Below are positions 9,366 to 18,740 of a DNA stretch of 64,000 bases, piece by piece. The notes beneath the pieces are model-generated. The model had not been told where the DNA came from. It made no database searches and worked only from the letters and a program-made list of their open reading frames with translations. Each line of letters starts with the position of its first letter. The first letter of the stretch is position 1. The position numbers and the translations under genes are program-made. The stretch is from an uncultured bacterium (GTDB lineage: Bacteria; Calescibacteriota; Calescibacteriia; Calescibacteriales; Calescibacteriaceae), in assembly GCA_964601505.1 (NCBI GenBank), contig CAZRNR010000004.1:5553-69552 (forward strand), in the 5' to 3' direction.

Positions 9366-11450
9366 TTATTTCGTTAGAAAAGCCAAAAGCTCCGCAATCT
9401 GGCATATCTGATTCTCTTTTTCTGAAGGAAATTCACTACATACTTCAAGTAAATCTCCTCTCCTGATTATTACAGAACCATCAAATGTTGGATCTAGGAA
9501 GAAAATATAAGGGAATCTTGTAACAGAACCATTTTCTCTTATACCTTTGCTGTAGAATGGGTTTAGCTTCTTTTCTTTTCCATCGCTTATATATTGCGGC
9601 TCATAAAAGTGCTTTGAATCTGTGAGTATTGTATCAGTGCAAGTTATGCTCTCTGGGAACATCTGGTATGAGTAAGTAAGTCCATTACACTCCCATTCAA
9701 TGATAAAGTTATCCCTGTCATAATACATCCCAGGAATCATCTGCCTTAAGTTGCCTAATATAAGTTTCCTTATATTTATCTCGAACATATCATAGAACCA
9801 TTTCTCGGAGACCTTATCTAAAAGGTATATTATAACCCCAGGTTTATTTCCCGAATATCCATATATAGCTTTGAGAAAACTTGAGATTATATCAAAGTAA
9901 TAACTTAATGTCTTGTGGTCAGCAAAACCATCTATCACCTCTGTTATAGCATTTGGGATCTTCGGAATACCTGGAACAAACTTGAAGAAACCGGTTCTGT
10001 CAGACACAGTTAAGCTCTTTGAAAATTCAATCATCTTAGTAAGGGATGTCCTGAATAATTGATAAGACTCCATCCGCCTATCCCCGTCTTCTGTCGTAAG
10101 AAAATCTACCGGTGAATTCTTTATGGACCTCACAAAAAATCCAACTTTATCTCTCATCTGTATCCTCTGAGATGACCTTATTGTATTGAGTATTGAGTTC
10201 CTTGTGTTCTCCTCTATAGTCAGATTTGTAGATTCAAGGTAAGTCAGGATAAATTTTATGAAGTAGATCACTGATTCAAAAAATAATTTTTCATTCTCAT
10301 TAACTTGATACGAAGCAGGTAGAACAAAATCAGGCATTAAATATATCCCAAGATCTATTGGAAAAGCTACATTTATACTTCTTAATTTCTCCAGAGATTC
10401 ATCTAGTTTTGAGTTCAGTTCCTTGATCCTCTCTTTGCCCTCATAGATAAGGACAAAATTCAGACTATCTACAATTTTCTTCATCTCTTCTGCAAACTCA
10501 ATGATTTTTATTTCATCTTCGAATACCTTAAAATTTCCACTGATGTTTCTCATCTGGGCTAGCCAGAATTCATCCTTCTCACTCCTTTTTTGTATTTGTC
10601 TTATGAGAAAATCTATATTCGATGATTCAAATACAGAATCACATTTTTCTCCAATCTCTTCAGGTATTGTTGATCTGTTGATGTTTCCTTTGGGCTTCTG
10701 AGAACACAATGGATTACTCTCTATATCTCCAGAGAATTTCTCATATTGTCCCCCTTCCAAAACTAAGATCTCAAAACTTCTTTTTACATTATCAAGCGAA
10801 ATATATGTATAGCAACCTCCGTTCTCAGAATCTATTATGAACTCTCCTATTTTTGCATCTTGGGACTGCGTCATCCTTGAGCCATAAGTTATAATTTCCA
10901 CATATCCATCTTCCCACCTTATCTTTATTTCAGAAACAGATTCAGATACCTTTGTCGAGTAATAAGATTTCACCTCAATGTCAGCATACTCCGATTCAAA
11001 ATTTATTTCCCTAAATATATAATCTTCTTGAATTTTCTTCTCTTGTAATTTTATACTATGTTTTATTGATTTACCATCATTTAATCTACACCCGTTTTCG
11101 TCGCATTTATAATCAAACGCATCCTTGAGTAGTAAAGAAACTATGAATGGAATCTTGAGATCCTTTGCTATGAAAAGAGAAATTGATATCTTTTGAGGTT
11201 CGGACACAGGATCAAGGAAAGAATCAAATTCTACTCCACGAGGCACAGCACACCTGCTTAAGGCTTCTCTAAATGTCAAACCAAGATTCTCATCTGCTCC
11301 ATCATATTTTTGCTGAAATCTATCCTTCAATTCTTTAAACTTCTTTGCGAACTCAACTTCTTGAACTCTGCTACAGGAAAAAATTTGAAACACTGAAAAT
11401 AAAATTAAAAATACCCCAAAGAACATCCAAGAAAGTATAAGCCCTTTCAT
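9366..11450 (-). CDS. large secreted cysteine-rich hypothetical protein
   Basis: 694-aa uninterrupted ORF in an AT-rich genome. It has an N-terminal signal peptide with a possible lipobox (VFQIFSC) and many paired cysteines. No family recognised. Confidence 0.6.
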   Translation of the reverse strand: MKGLILSWMFFGVFLILFSVFQIFSCSRVQEVEFAKKFKELKDRFQQKYDGADENLGLTFREALSRCAVPRGVEFDSFLDPVSEPQKISISLFIAKDLKIPFIVSLLLKDAFDYKCDENGCRLNDGKSIKHSIKLQEKKIQEDYIFREINFESEYADIEVKSYYSTKVSESVSEIKIRWEDGYVEIITYGSRMTQSQDAKIGEFIIDSENGGCYTYISLDNVKRSFEILVLEGGQYEKFSGDIESNPLCSQKPKGNINRSTIPEEIGEKCDSVFESSNIDFLIRQIQKRSEKDEFWLAQMRNISGNFKVFEDEIKIIEFAEEMKKIVDSLNFVLIYEGKERIKELNSKLDESLEKLRSINVAFPIDLGIYLMPDFVLPASYQVNENEKLFFESVIYFIKFILTYLESTNLTIEENTRNSILNTIRSSQRIQMRDKVGFFVRSIKNSPVDFLTTEDGDRRMESYQLFRTSLTKMIEFSKSLTVSDRTGFFKFVPGIPKIPNAITEVIDGFADHKTLSYYFDIISSFLKAIYGYSGNKPGVIIYLLDKVSEKWFYDMFEINIRKLILGNLRQMIPGMYYDRDNFIIEWECNGLTYSYQMFPESITCTDTILTDSKHFYEPQYISDGKEKKLNPFYSKGIRENGSVTRFPYIFFLDPTFDGSVIIRRGDLLEVCSEFPSEKENQICQIAELLAFLTK

Positions 11451-11539
11451 TATGATTCATTCAGAAACTATAAATTTTTTCTATCATAATCCGATAAAAT
11501 ATTACTAAACTATACTTAATTAGCAAGGAGGTGCATCAT

Positions 11540-13990
11540 ATGGCAGAACTCGGAAATTTATTCATGCCCAATATACTTTCACCGTTTAATGTTTCAGACA
11601 TAGTTGAAAATTTAGCCGAGTTCAGGAAAAAGATTTTGAGCCGGCAAGTTCAAGAAAGAAAAAGCCTTCTTGAGGAACGATCGGATGCAATCTCTAGGCT
11701 GAGAACGATGGCACTTGATTTTCTTTCTGCATCTCAGGCAATTGCAGCTAATTTATCTTACAAGGTATTTGCACCAAAGTTAACAAACATTACAGGTTCC
11801 GAAGATCCGAAAAATATACTATCTGCCTCAACAAGCTCAGAAGCGGTTCAAGGAAACTTTGATGTTCAAGTCCTTCAGATGGCAAGGAGCTGGAAAACCG
11901 GATCTTCAACATTTGCAAATGCTGATGTGACACTGGCCTCGCTCGGTGTCACCCCGGGCTCAAAAATAGTTATAAAAGGAACAGACACTTCAAATGCCAA
12001 AGTTCTTGAAGTAGATCCAAACTGGACACTAAAGCAGCTTAGAGATAAGATAAACGAACTCAATGTCGGTCTCACAGCATATCTCCAGAATGTACCCGGA
12101 GGAGTTCAGCTCGTGATTTCTTCTTCAAAGACTGGTGCAAGTAGGGAATATATGACGCTTGTTGATTCGGCTGGGAACACCTTTGCTGCTCTTGGATTCT
12201 TTACCGGTGGACCTGATATCATAAAAAATCAATCGGGGAGTTCTGCACTTTCTGATGCTTTCACTAAGAAGGATCAAAAAGTTGGCGAACTCCTGGGTTT
12301 CGCTCCTGGGACTGCTCCATCTGGAAATGTCTTGATAAATGGTAATTCAGTTTCTATAGATCTTAACACGATGACATTGGAGGATATAAAGAATTCTATT
12401 GATTCTGCTATCGGTCCCGGAACAGCTGAGATTATTCAAGAAGGCAATGTTTTCAGACTCAAGATAAACTCTATAAATCTGGATGATAATGGAACAACTG
12501 TTCTGAAAGCTCTCGGATTACTTTCCAGAGACTTTCAAAATGTTATAGCTTCTGGTCAGAATGCTCAGATATCTGTTGACGGTAATATCTTCTCTTCACC
12601 AGATAATACTTTCGCCCCAGAGGAAACTGGTATATCTGGGATAACATTTACCGCATTACGTGCTTCCACTGACATAATACGAGTCTCTATTTCAAGAGAT
12701 ATAGATAGGATTATGAAATACTTCAATGACTTCGTTGAGGGATGGAATAAGATTATTGATTTTATAAACGAACAAGTTAAATTTAATGAAAAGACAGGAA
12801 AAGCTGGACCTCTTTCAGGAGATTTTTCTATATCTGCAACCAGGTCTGCTATGAGAAGAGCATTTTCTGGTCTCGTAGAAGTTGGACAACCAGATGGTTC
12901 AGTTAAGCTTGTTTCAATTCAAGATCTTGGTTTTTCCATAGATAGAGATGGGAAATTAAGCTTGAATTCTTTAAAACTATCCCAAGCTCTTCAAACTGAT
13001 TTTGAAACTACGGTGAGAGCACTTACCTCAGCTGTATCGGAAAAAGTTATAAGTAATTCTTTTAGTTCAGATACAACTTCTCTTGGTTTTAGTGGAGAGA
13101 TACTTGTAGAGGGGAAGAGTGTAGTTGTGAATCCATCAGACACATTAAGGGATATAGCACTTAAGATAAATTCTGCCTCAGATTCTGTAAGAGCTTATGT
13201 GAAGACGGTAAGCGGGAACAAGAAACTGGTTGTTGAAAAGCTCTCTGGAGGTCTTCCATCAATCGCCGAAGTAAGTGGTAATCTGCTTGTTGCTCTTGGA
13301 CTTGGTAACAGCACACAATTCAATATAAAGAACATAGTAAATACGAATACAGTTAGAACTGGTATGTTTTACTCTGATACAGCACCTGTTAGGAATGCTA
13401 TAGATAGTGATACCTCTACACCAGATACATCAAACAATCTTTCTGGAATTTTGCAAATTCCTCTTGCAAATGGTTCAACAATCAATGTGTCAGTAGATAT
13501 ATCAACTGATTCACTTAGCGATATAGCAAACAATATAAATACTGCAGCAGGTTCAAATATAGCATCTGTTAAGCAGGAGGGAAACAGATATTATATTGAG
13601 ATATCGGGAGTTAAAACTGACCCAGCAGACTGGGGATCTGATCCGAATCTTCTTGAGCAGTTTTTAGGTATATTAAAGAGGCAAGAGAATAAGGAGTCTG
13701 CAAAACTGGGTTTTGGGGAGCATATGAGAAGAGAAATAGGAGATATACTTTCTTCAAAAGGCGCTATTGGAGCATCAAAGGAAAGAATAGAAACAGAACT
13801 TACAGGTATAGACCAGAAGCTTGCGAAGATAGAAGAAGAGGTAGAATCATATAGAGCCCTATTATATGCAAGATGGGCTCGGGCAAACCAAATTATGAGC
13901 TATACGAGAAGCATCATGGCATTTTTCCAAGCTATCTCACAACAGCTTGTCCAAGGAGTTCAAAACCCATTTTTGTCAGGTAAAAAATAG
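11540..13990 (+). CDS. fliD: flagellar filament capping protein FliD (enlarged, ~816 aa)
   Basis: N- and C-terminal FliD-type helical regions, plus four internal copies of a T-L-x-D-I-x-x-x-I-N module. SD AAGGAGG lies 8 nt before the ATG at 11540, whereas the track ORF starts at GTG 11531. Confidence 0.85.
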   Translation: MAELGNLFMPNILSPFNVSDIVENLAEFRKKILSRQVQERKSLLEERSDAISRLRTMALDFLSASQAIAANLSYKVFAPKLTNITGSEDPKNILSASTSSEAVQGNFDVQVLQMARSWKTGSSTFANADVTLASLGVTPGSKIVIKGTDTSNAKVLEVDPNWTLKQLRDKINELNVGLTAYLQNVPGGVQLVISSSKTGASREYMTLVDSAGNTFAALGFFTGGPDIIKNQSGSSALSDAFTKKDQKVGELLGFAPGTAPSGNVLINGNSVSIDLNTMTLEDIKNSIDSAIGPGTAEIIQEGNVFRLKINSINLDDNGTTVLKALGLLSRDFQNVIASGQNAQISVDGNIFSSPDNTFAPEETGISGITFTALRASTDIIRVSISRDIDRIMKYFNDFVEGWNKIIDFINEQVKFNEKTGKAGPLSGDFSISATRSAMRRAFSGLVEVGQPDGSVKLVSIQDLGFSIDRDGKLSLNSLKLSQALQTDFETTVRALTSAVSEKVISNSFSSDTTSLGFSGEILVEGKSVVVNPSDTLRDIALKINSASDSVRAYVKTVSGNKKLVVEKLSGGLPSIAEVSGNLLVALGLGNSTQFNIKNIVNTNTVRTGMFYSDTAPVRNAIDSDTSTPDTSNNLSGILQIPLANGSTINVSVDISTDSLSDIANNINTAAGSNIASVKQEGNRYYIEISGVKTDPADWGSDPNLLEQFLGILKRQENKESAKLGFGEHMRREIGDILSSKGAIGASKERIETELTGIDQKLAKIEEEVESYRALLYARWARANQIMSYTRSIMAFFQAISQQLVQGVQNPFLSGKK

Positions 13991-13995
13991 TCCCT

Positions 13996-14931
13996 TTAAT
14001 ATATTCTCCCAAGACTTTTCATCAACTCATTGAAGAAAACCTCTTTGTTGAAATCATATACAACATGAAGAAACTGGTCCGGACTTATTATGGATCTTAT
14101 TCTTCCTCTAAAACATACTTTATCAACCTCCGCATATGCAGTAAATGTTCTAACATGTTCAGGGAAGAAGTATGCAAAAATAGCGAGTGGATCGTGAAGT
14201 ATGAGAACATTAGCTCTTTCAGTTATATCCGATAGAAATTCTTTGACAGTTTCTGATCGGATTGAATTCAACATTTTCAGGAAATTGTCTCTTCTTATTT
14301 GCGTTTTTTTTGTTGAATCAAGTGGAACCACATAAACACTTCTTTTCTCTTTTGCAAACTCAAAGAGAGAATCAACAGCATCTGGGTCGCAATATGAATT
14401 AAATTCCGCATACGGAGTGATATTACCATCCTCAAAAAAAGCTCCGCCCATCCATACGAATTTCTGTATTCTTTCTCTTATGTTCTTGTTTTTTAGAAGC
14501 TCATAAGAAGATGAAAGCGGACCGGTTGATATTATATCTATTTTGCTTTGATCATCCCTTTCTATTCGCCTGATAAACTCATCCAATTCATAGAAATTAT
14601 CAAAACCCTTAAAATACTTATCAGAATATCCTCCAAGCCCATCCTTTCCATGAACTTTCTCCGCGTGTATTACATCTCCCCTTACCGATCTATCTCTCCC
14701 CTTTACTATTTCTGCAGGTATCTTAAATATACTCTTACAGATCATTGAATTTCTGAAAGTATATTCAAGAGAAACATTTCCCCATGTAGATAAGATAAAG
14801 ACCTTTATGTTCTTTCTGCCTTCGTTCCTTATAATACCCGACAGAAAGCCCAAAGCTATTGCATCATCAATTCCCGGATCGCAATCAAAAATCAATATTT
14901 CCTCACCCATATAGTTAAATTTGATTTGCAA
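13996..14931 (-). CDS. inosine-uridine-preferring nucleoside hydrolase family protein
   Basis: 311 aa. N-terminal aspartate cluster FDCDPGIDDAIAL, the hallmark of the family. Confidence 0.8.
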   Translation of the reverse strand: MQIKFNYMGEEILIFDCDPGIDDAIALGFLSGIIRNEGRKNIKVFILSTWGNVSLEYTFRNSMICKSIFKIPAEIVKGRDRSVRGDVIHAEKVHGKDGLGGYSDKYFKGFDNFYELDEFIRRIERDDQSKIDIISTGPLSSSYELLKNKNIRERIQKFVWMGGAFFEDGNITPYAEFNSYCDPDAVDSLFEFAKEKRSVYVVPLDSTKKTQIRRDNFLKMLNSIRSETVKEFLSDITERANVLILHDPLAIFAYFFPEHVRTFTAYAEVDKVCFRGRIRSIISPDQFLHVVYDFNKEVFFNELMKSLGRIY

Positions 14932-15277
14932 ACCATATTTTATCCATCTCTTTAATGGAACCAGCCATATAGAGTTTTAAATTTACAAGACACTTTATTT
15001 TGTATGATAAATTAAAAAGTTTTGCTTTTCTACAAATTCTCGGCTACTGAAGTTTTCTCTATATCTAGTATCACCATTTGTTAGATTTCTTCTTGATAGA
15101 TATAGAAAATTATCTCCATTTTACTTACAACGGATAATTCTCCAATCATAATGCTAACTGGAGCTCACAAGAAATCTTTGATTTTAAAATATAGGTAGGA
15201 AAAAAGAATGAAAAAATCTAACATTGAAGAATCTCTCAAGCTTCAATTAATCAAGAGCCACACAAAAAGATATACTC

Positions 15278-15370
15278 TTAACTGCTTTGTCAAATAAATA
15301 TGTAGCAAAAATTGTCAATTTCCTCTTGCATTGTAAGTGGAGGATAAAAATCTTTTGACACAGCACTTAA
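15278..15370 (+). repeat. ~90-bp imperfect-palindromic intergenic element, copy A (upstream of acyl-CoA dehydrogenase)
   Basis: TTAACTGCTTTGTCAAAT...CAAAAATTGTCAATTTCCTCTTGCATTGTAAGTGGAGGATAAAAATCTTTTGACACAGCACTTAA. It is near-identical to the reverse complement of 29294-29379. The outer arms and the inner CCTC/GAGG arms are self-complementary. Confidence 0.85.
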
Positions 15371-15450
15371 CTAAAAAATTTACTAAAAAATCTATAAAAT
15401 AGATTATTTGAGTGCATCAGAGATATAATTAAACCGTTGGAGGTAAGAAT

Positions 15451-16716
15451 ATGCACTTTGAGCTTCCAGATCACCACAAGCAAATAATAGAGCTGATAAA
15501 GTGGCTTGCAAAGGAAAAATTAAGACCTCTTGGACTTGAATACGATAAGAAAGAAGAACCGATTCCCCCCGATCATCCTTTCTTCTACGAGATCAAGGCG
15601 ATGGGAATAGAGATGGGGATGTTTTCAGGTGGCAAAGAAGATAAGGACGATAATCTGCAAGAAAGGATGAAGAGATTTGGTATAAGCGGAGATATAAAAA
15701 ATCCAATGCTTGCAACTTTGGCTATAATTGGTGCAGAGATTCTCGCATGGGGAGATCAAGGGGTTGCTATGTCCTTTCCAGGTCCTGGCCTTGCATCACC
15801 TCCCATAAGAATAATGGCAAACGACTATCAGAGAAAGGTTTTTTACGATGTTTTCAAAAATTCTGAGAAGCCCGTTTGGGGAGCTTTTGGATTAACTGAA
15901 CCTGGAGCAGGCTCTGATGTAGCTCGTATAAGAACAAGCGCAAGGAAAGAAGGAAATTACTACATTTTGAATGGAGAGAAGATGTATATCACCAATGGAG
16001 CAAGGTCAGAATGGGTTGTTGTTTTTGCGACAGTAGATCCAAAATTAGGAAGAGCGGGTCATAGAGCTTTTCTGGTTAGAAAGGGTACTCCGGGCTTCAG
16101 AGTATCTCGTATAGAAAAAAAGATGGGCTTACACGCTTCTGAGACTGCTGGTCTTGTCTTTGAAGACTGTAAGGTTCCAGCTGAACTTCTTCTTGGTGGA
16201 GAGGAGTATTATAAATCTAAAGAGGGTTTCAAAGGTGCAATGGAAACCTTTAACATGACACGTCCTGCTGTTGCTGCTATGGCAATAGGGATAGCTCGCT
16301 CCGCCTATGAATATACAAGAGATTACTTTTCAGAAAACTACATGCTTTCAGCTATATCTCCCCTTGCCTCAAAGATAAAAAGCGAACTTGAACTAATGAA
16401 AAGGAAGCTAAATCTTGCAAGATTGATGTGCCTTAAAGCAGCTTATCTTATGGATATGAAGAAGAATAACGCAAAAGAAGCCTCCGAGGCAAAGGCTTAC
16501 GCCCCGCCGATTGCTCTTGATGTTATATCAAGATGTATAGAACTTCTTGGCGAAGAGGGAACACTGGAGTATCACCACATAGTCCATAAAGCTTTCAGAG
16601 ATATAAAAGTGTTTGATATATTCGAGGGAACAGGTCAAGCTCAAAGAATAGTTATATCAAAAAGATTATTCACTTCAAAAGGTAAAGCTGCAGAGTGGGT
16701 TGAGCAGACTAATTAA
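15451..16716 (+). CDS. acyl-CoA dehydrogenase family protein
   Basis: 421 aa. FGLTEPGAGSD block and C-terminal FDIFEGTGQAQRIVISK block. SD GGAGG upstream. Confidence 0.9.
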   Translation: MHFELPDHHKQIIELIKWLAKEKLRPLGLEYDKKEEPIPPDHPFFYEIKAMGIEMGMFSGGKEDKDDNLQERMKRFGISGDIKNPMLATLAIIGAEILAWGDQGVAMSFPGPGLASPPIRIMANDYQRKVFYDVFKNSEKPVWGAFGLTEPGAGSDVARIRTSARKEGNYYILNGEKMYITNGARSEWVVVFATVDPKLGRAGHRAFLVRKGTPGFRVSRIEKKMGLHASETAGLVFEDCKVPAELLLGGEEYYKSKEGFKGAMETFNMTRPAVAAMAIGIARSAYEYTRDYFSENYMLSAISPLASKIKSELELMKRKLNLARLMCLKAAYLMDMKKNNAKEASEAKAYAPPIALDVISRCIELLGEEGTLEYHHIVHKAFRDIKVFDIFEGTGQAQRIVISKRLFTSKGKAAEWVEQTN

Positions 16717-16741
16717 AATTTTTCTGACTTTTTCTAAAAGT

Positions 16742-17530
16742 ATGTTCAAAAGAATAGTCTATCTTCCTATCATTTTCTTTATTATGCAAGGTATATGTCA
16801 TGCTTACTCTGATGGGGTAATCGCTGTTGTTGGTAATCGCCCAATCACAAAGAGTCTTGTCGAAGCTGTTATGAAGGTCTTTGGAGAACAGGATTTCCAG
16901 AATGCCCTTTCTTTCGTCATAGATTCGTATATAATACTCAATTATATGGATTCATCAAACATACAAATCCCGGACAGGGAGGTGGAGGAGATTATATCTA
17001 GGATTAAAGTAGAAGATATAAAAGAAGAATTAACTAAACTTGGAATGAATTACGACGAATATAAAAACTTTATAAAAGCAAAAAAGATTGCGGACCAAAT
17101 TTTTTCTGAACTTGTTGGAGGAGCATTCATAACAGAACAAGATATGAAAAAATTTTATGACCAGAATGAGCAAGACATAACAAGAGCTTTTGAAAGACGA
17201 TTCGTGTATTACATCGAGACAGATGAGAAAGAAATTTCAAATATTCCCGTTAATGATATGAAGCAAATCGGGTGGGTAAGACGCGGAGAGCTTATGAAAC
17301 AATTTGATGATGCTATATTTTCTCTCCCAAACACAGGTTTAATAAATATAAGTTCTGAAAACGGCAATTTTGTGTTTTTCATATCAAAGATCTACAAGCC
17401 AAGTTTCTCTGAACTTAAAGATGATTTGAATTTCAGAGAATTTTATATAAAAAGCAAATACAAGGAGGTTTTTGATTTATGGCTAGAAAGTCAGAAAAAA
17501 AAGCAGAAGATAAAAAGAAAGGAAAATTAG
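16742..17530 (+). CDS. SurA-like periplasmic chaperone / parvulin-type PPIase
   Basis: Signal peptide from ATG 16742 (MFKRIVYLPIIFFIMQGICHAYS), a SurA-N-like segment (GVIAVVGNRPITKSLVE) and a parvulin-like C-terminal part. It sits upstream of pdxA, as in the enterobacterial surA-pdxA order. The track ORF starts at TTG 16700. Confidence 0.55.
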   Translation: MFKRIVYLPIIFFIMQGICHAYSDGVIAVVGNRPITKSLVEAVMKVFGEQDFQNALSFVIDSYIILNYMDSSNIQIPDREVEEIISRIKVEDIKEELTKLGMNYDEYKNFIKAKKIADQIFSELVGGAFITEQDMKKFYDQNEQDITRAFERRFVYYIETDEKEISNIPVNDMKQIGWVRRGELMKQFDDAIFSLPNTGLINISSENGNFVFFISKIYKPSFSELKDDLNFREFYIKSKYKEVFDLWLESQKKKQKIKRKEN

Positions 17531-17550
17531 AGCATACATCCTGGGAAGAA

Positions 17551-18717
17551 ATGAAAAAGAGGGGAAGATTACCTAAGCTTAAAACCAGAGAAGCTGACGA
17601 CAAAAGAATAGTGATAGGTATCACTATGGGAGATCCTACAGGAATCGGTCCGGAGGTTATAATAAAGTCGCTCATCGATAAATCAATAAGAAACCGAGTT
17701 ATTCCTATTGTCTTTGGGGATAAGGGTGTTTTAAGCAAGGTTGCAGAGGATCTTGGAATTAGAGTAAGAATAAGAGAGTTAGCCTCTGTAGAAAACATAA
17801 GGCAGATAGAAGTTGATGACAAAGAAATATATGTCAAAAGTATATCAAATCTTAAGATGACCAGATTAAGATATGGAAGACCAGATAGAAACTGCGGTAG
17901 AGCTATGGTCAATTATGTGAAGGAAGCTGTTGATGCCTGGAAGCAGGGCATAGTAGAAGGTATAGTCACAGCTCCGATAAATAAGGAAATAATAAACGAG
18001 GCTGGATACAGATATGGTGGTCACACTGAAATGCTTGCAGAACTCACTGGAGCAAAGGAATTCACGATGATGTTTGTTTCAAAGCATTTTAAGGTCTCTT
18101 TGGTAACCATCCATCTACCTTTGAAAGATGTTTCTATGAGGATAACACCACAGCGAATATACAAGGTCGGACTTCTATCATGGAAAACCCTGAGAGAGTT
18201 CTTCGGGATAAAAAATCCAAGAATCGGTGTCTGTGGAATCAATCCACATGCTGGCGAAGGAGGTATGTTCGGTGATGAAGAGAAAGATATGATATATCCA
18301 GCTATAGTTTCAATGAGGGCAATTGGTATAGATGCAGAAGGACCTCTTTCTCCCGATACTGCCTTCTGGCGCGCTTATAACAAAGAGTTTGATGTCATAG
18401 TAGCTATGTATCATGATCAGGGATTAATCCCTGTCAAGCTTCTTGACTTTGATAACGCTGTAAATATAACCGTTGGTGTCCCCATAGTAAGAACATCACC
18501 AGCCCACGGAACAGCATATAATATCGTTGGTAAAGGTATTGCAGATCCCTCCTCCATGAAGTCAGCCATAAATCTTGCTGTTGATATGATTCTCGTGAAG
18601 AAGCAAATAGATTCAGAAAGGCAAAAAGAACAAGATAGAGATATGAAGAAAGTTGAAGACGAGATAAAAAGATACAGAATATCAGAAGAAGAGGTGAGAG
18701 AGTTCATATATACCTAA
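17551..18717 (+). CDS. pdxA: 4-hydroxythreonine-4-phosphate dehydrogenase PdxA with charged C-terminal tail
   Basis: Core blocks IVIGITMGDPTGIGPEV, GGHTEMLAE, NPHAGEGG, YHDQGLIP, TSPAHGTA. ATG 17551 is the first start after the upstream stop, and the alternative ATG 17479 overlaps the previous gene by 52 nt. Confidence 0.85.
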   Translation: MKKRGRLPKLKTREADDKRIVIGITMGDPTGIGPEVIIKSLIDKSIRNRVIPIVFGDKGVLSKVAEDLGIRVRIRELASVENIRQIEVDDKEIYVKSISNLKMTRLRYGRPDRNCGRAMVNYVKEAVDAWKQGIVEGIVTAPINKEIINEAGYRYGGHTEMLAELTGAKEFTMMFVSKHFKVSLVTIHLPLKDVSMRITPQRIYKVGLLSWKTLREFFGIKNPRIGVCGINPHAGEGGMFGDEEKDMIYPAIVSMRAIGIDAEGPLSPDTAFWRAYNKEFDVIVAMYHDQGLIPVKLLDFDNAVNITVGVPIVRTSPAHGTAYNIVGKGIADPSSMKSAINLAVDMILVKKQIDSERQKEQDRDMKKVEDEIKRYRISEEEVREFIYT

Positions 18718-18740
18718 GTTTTTGTATTATTTCCACAACA

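Noticed and set aside
15208-15297. 29-codon upstream ORF (MKKSNIEESLKLQLIKSHTKRYTLNCFVK) ending inside the left arm of repeat copy A, as a possible leader peptide.
   Set aside because: The corresponding position upstream of copy B has no equivalent ORF, so the coding potential is not conserved between the two copies.
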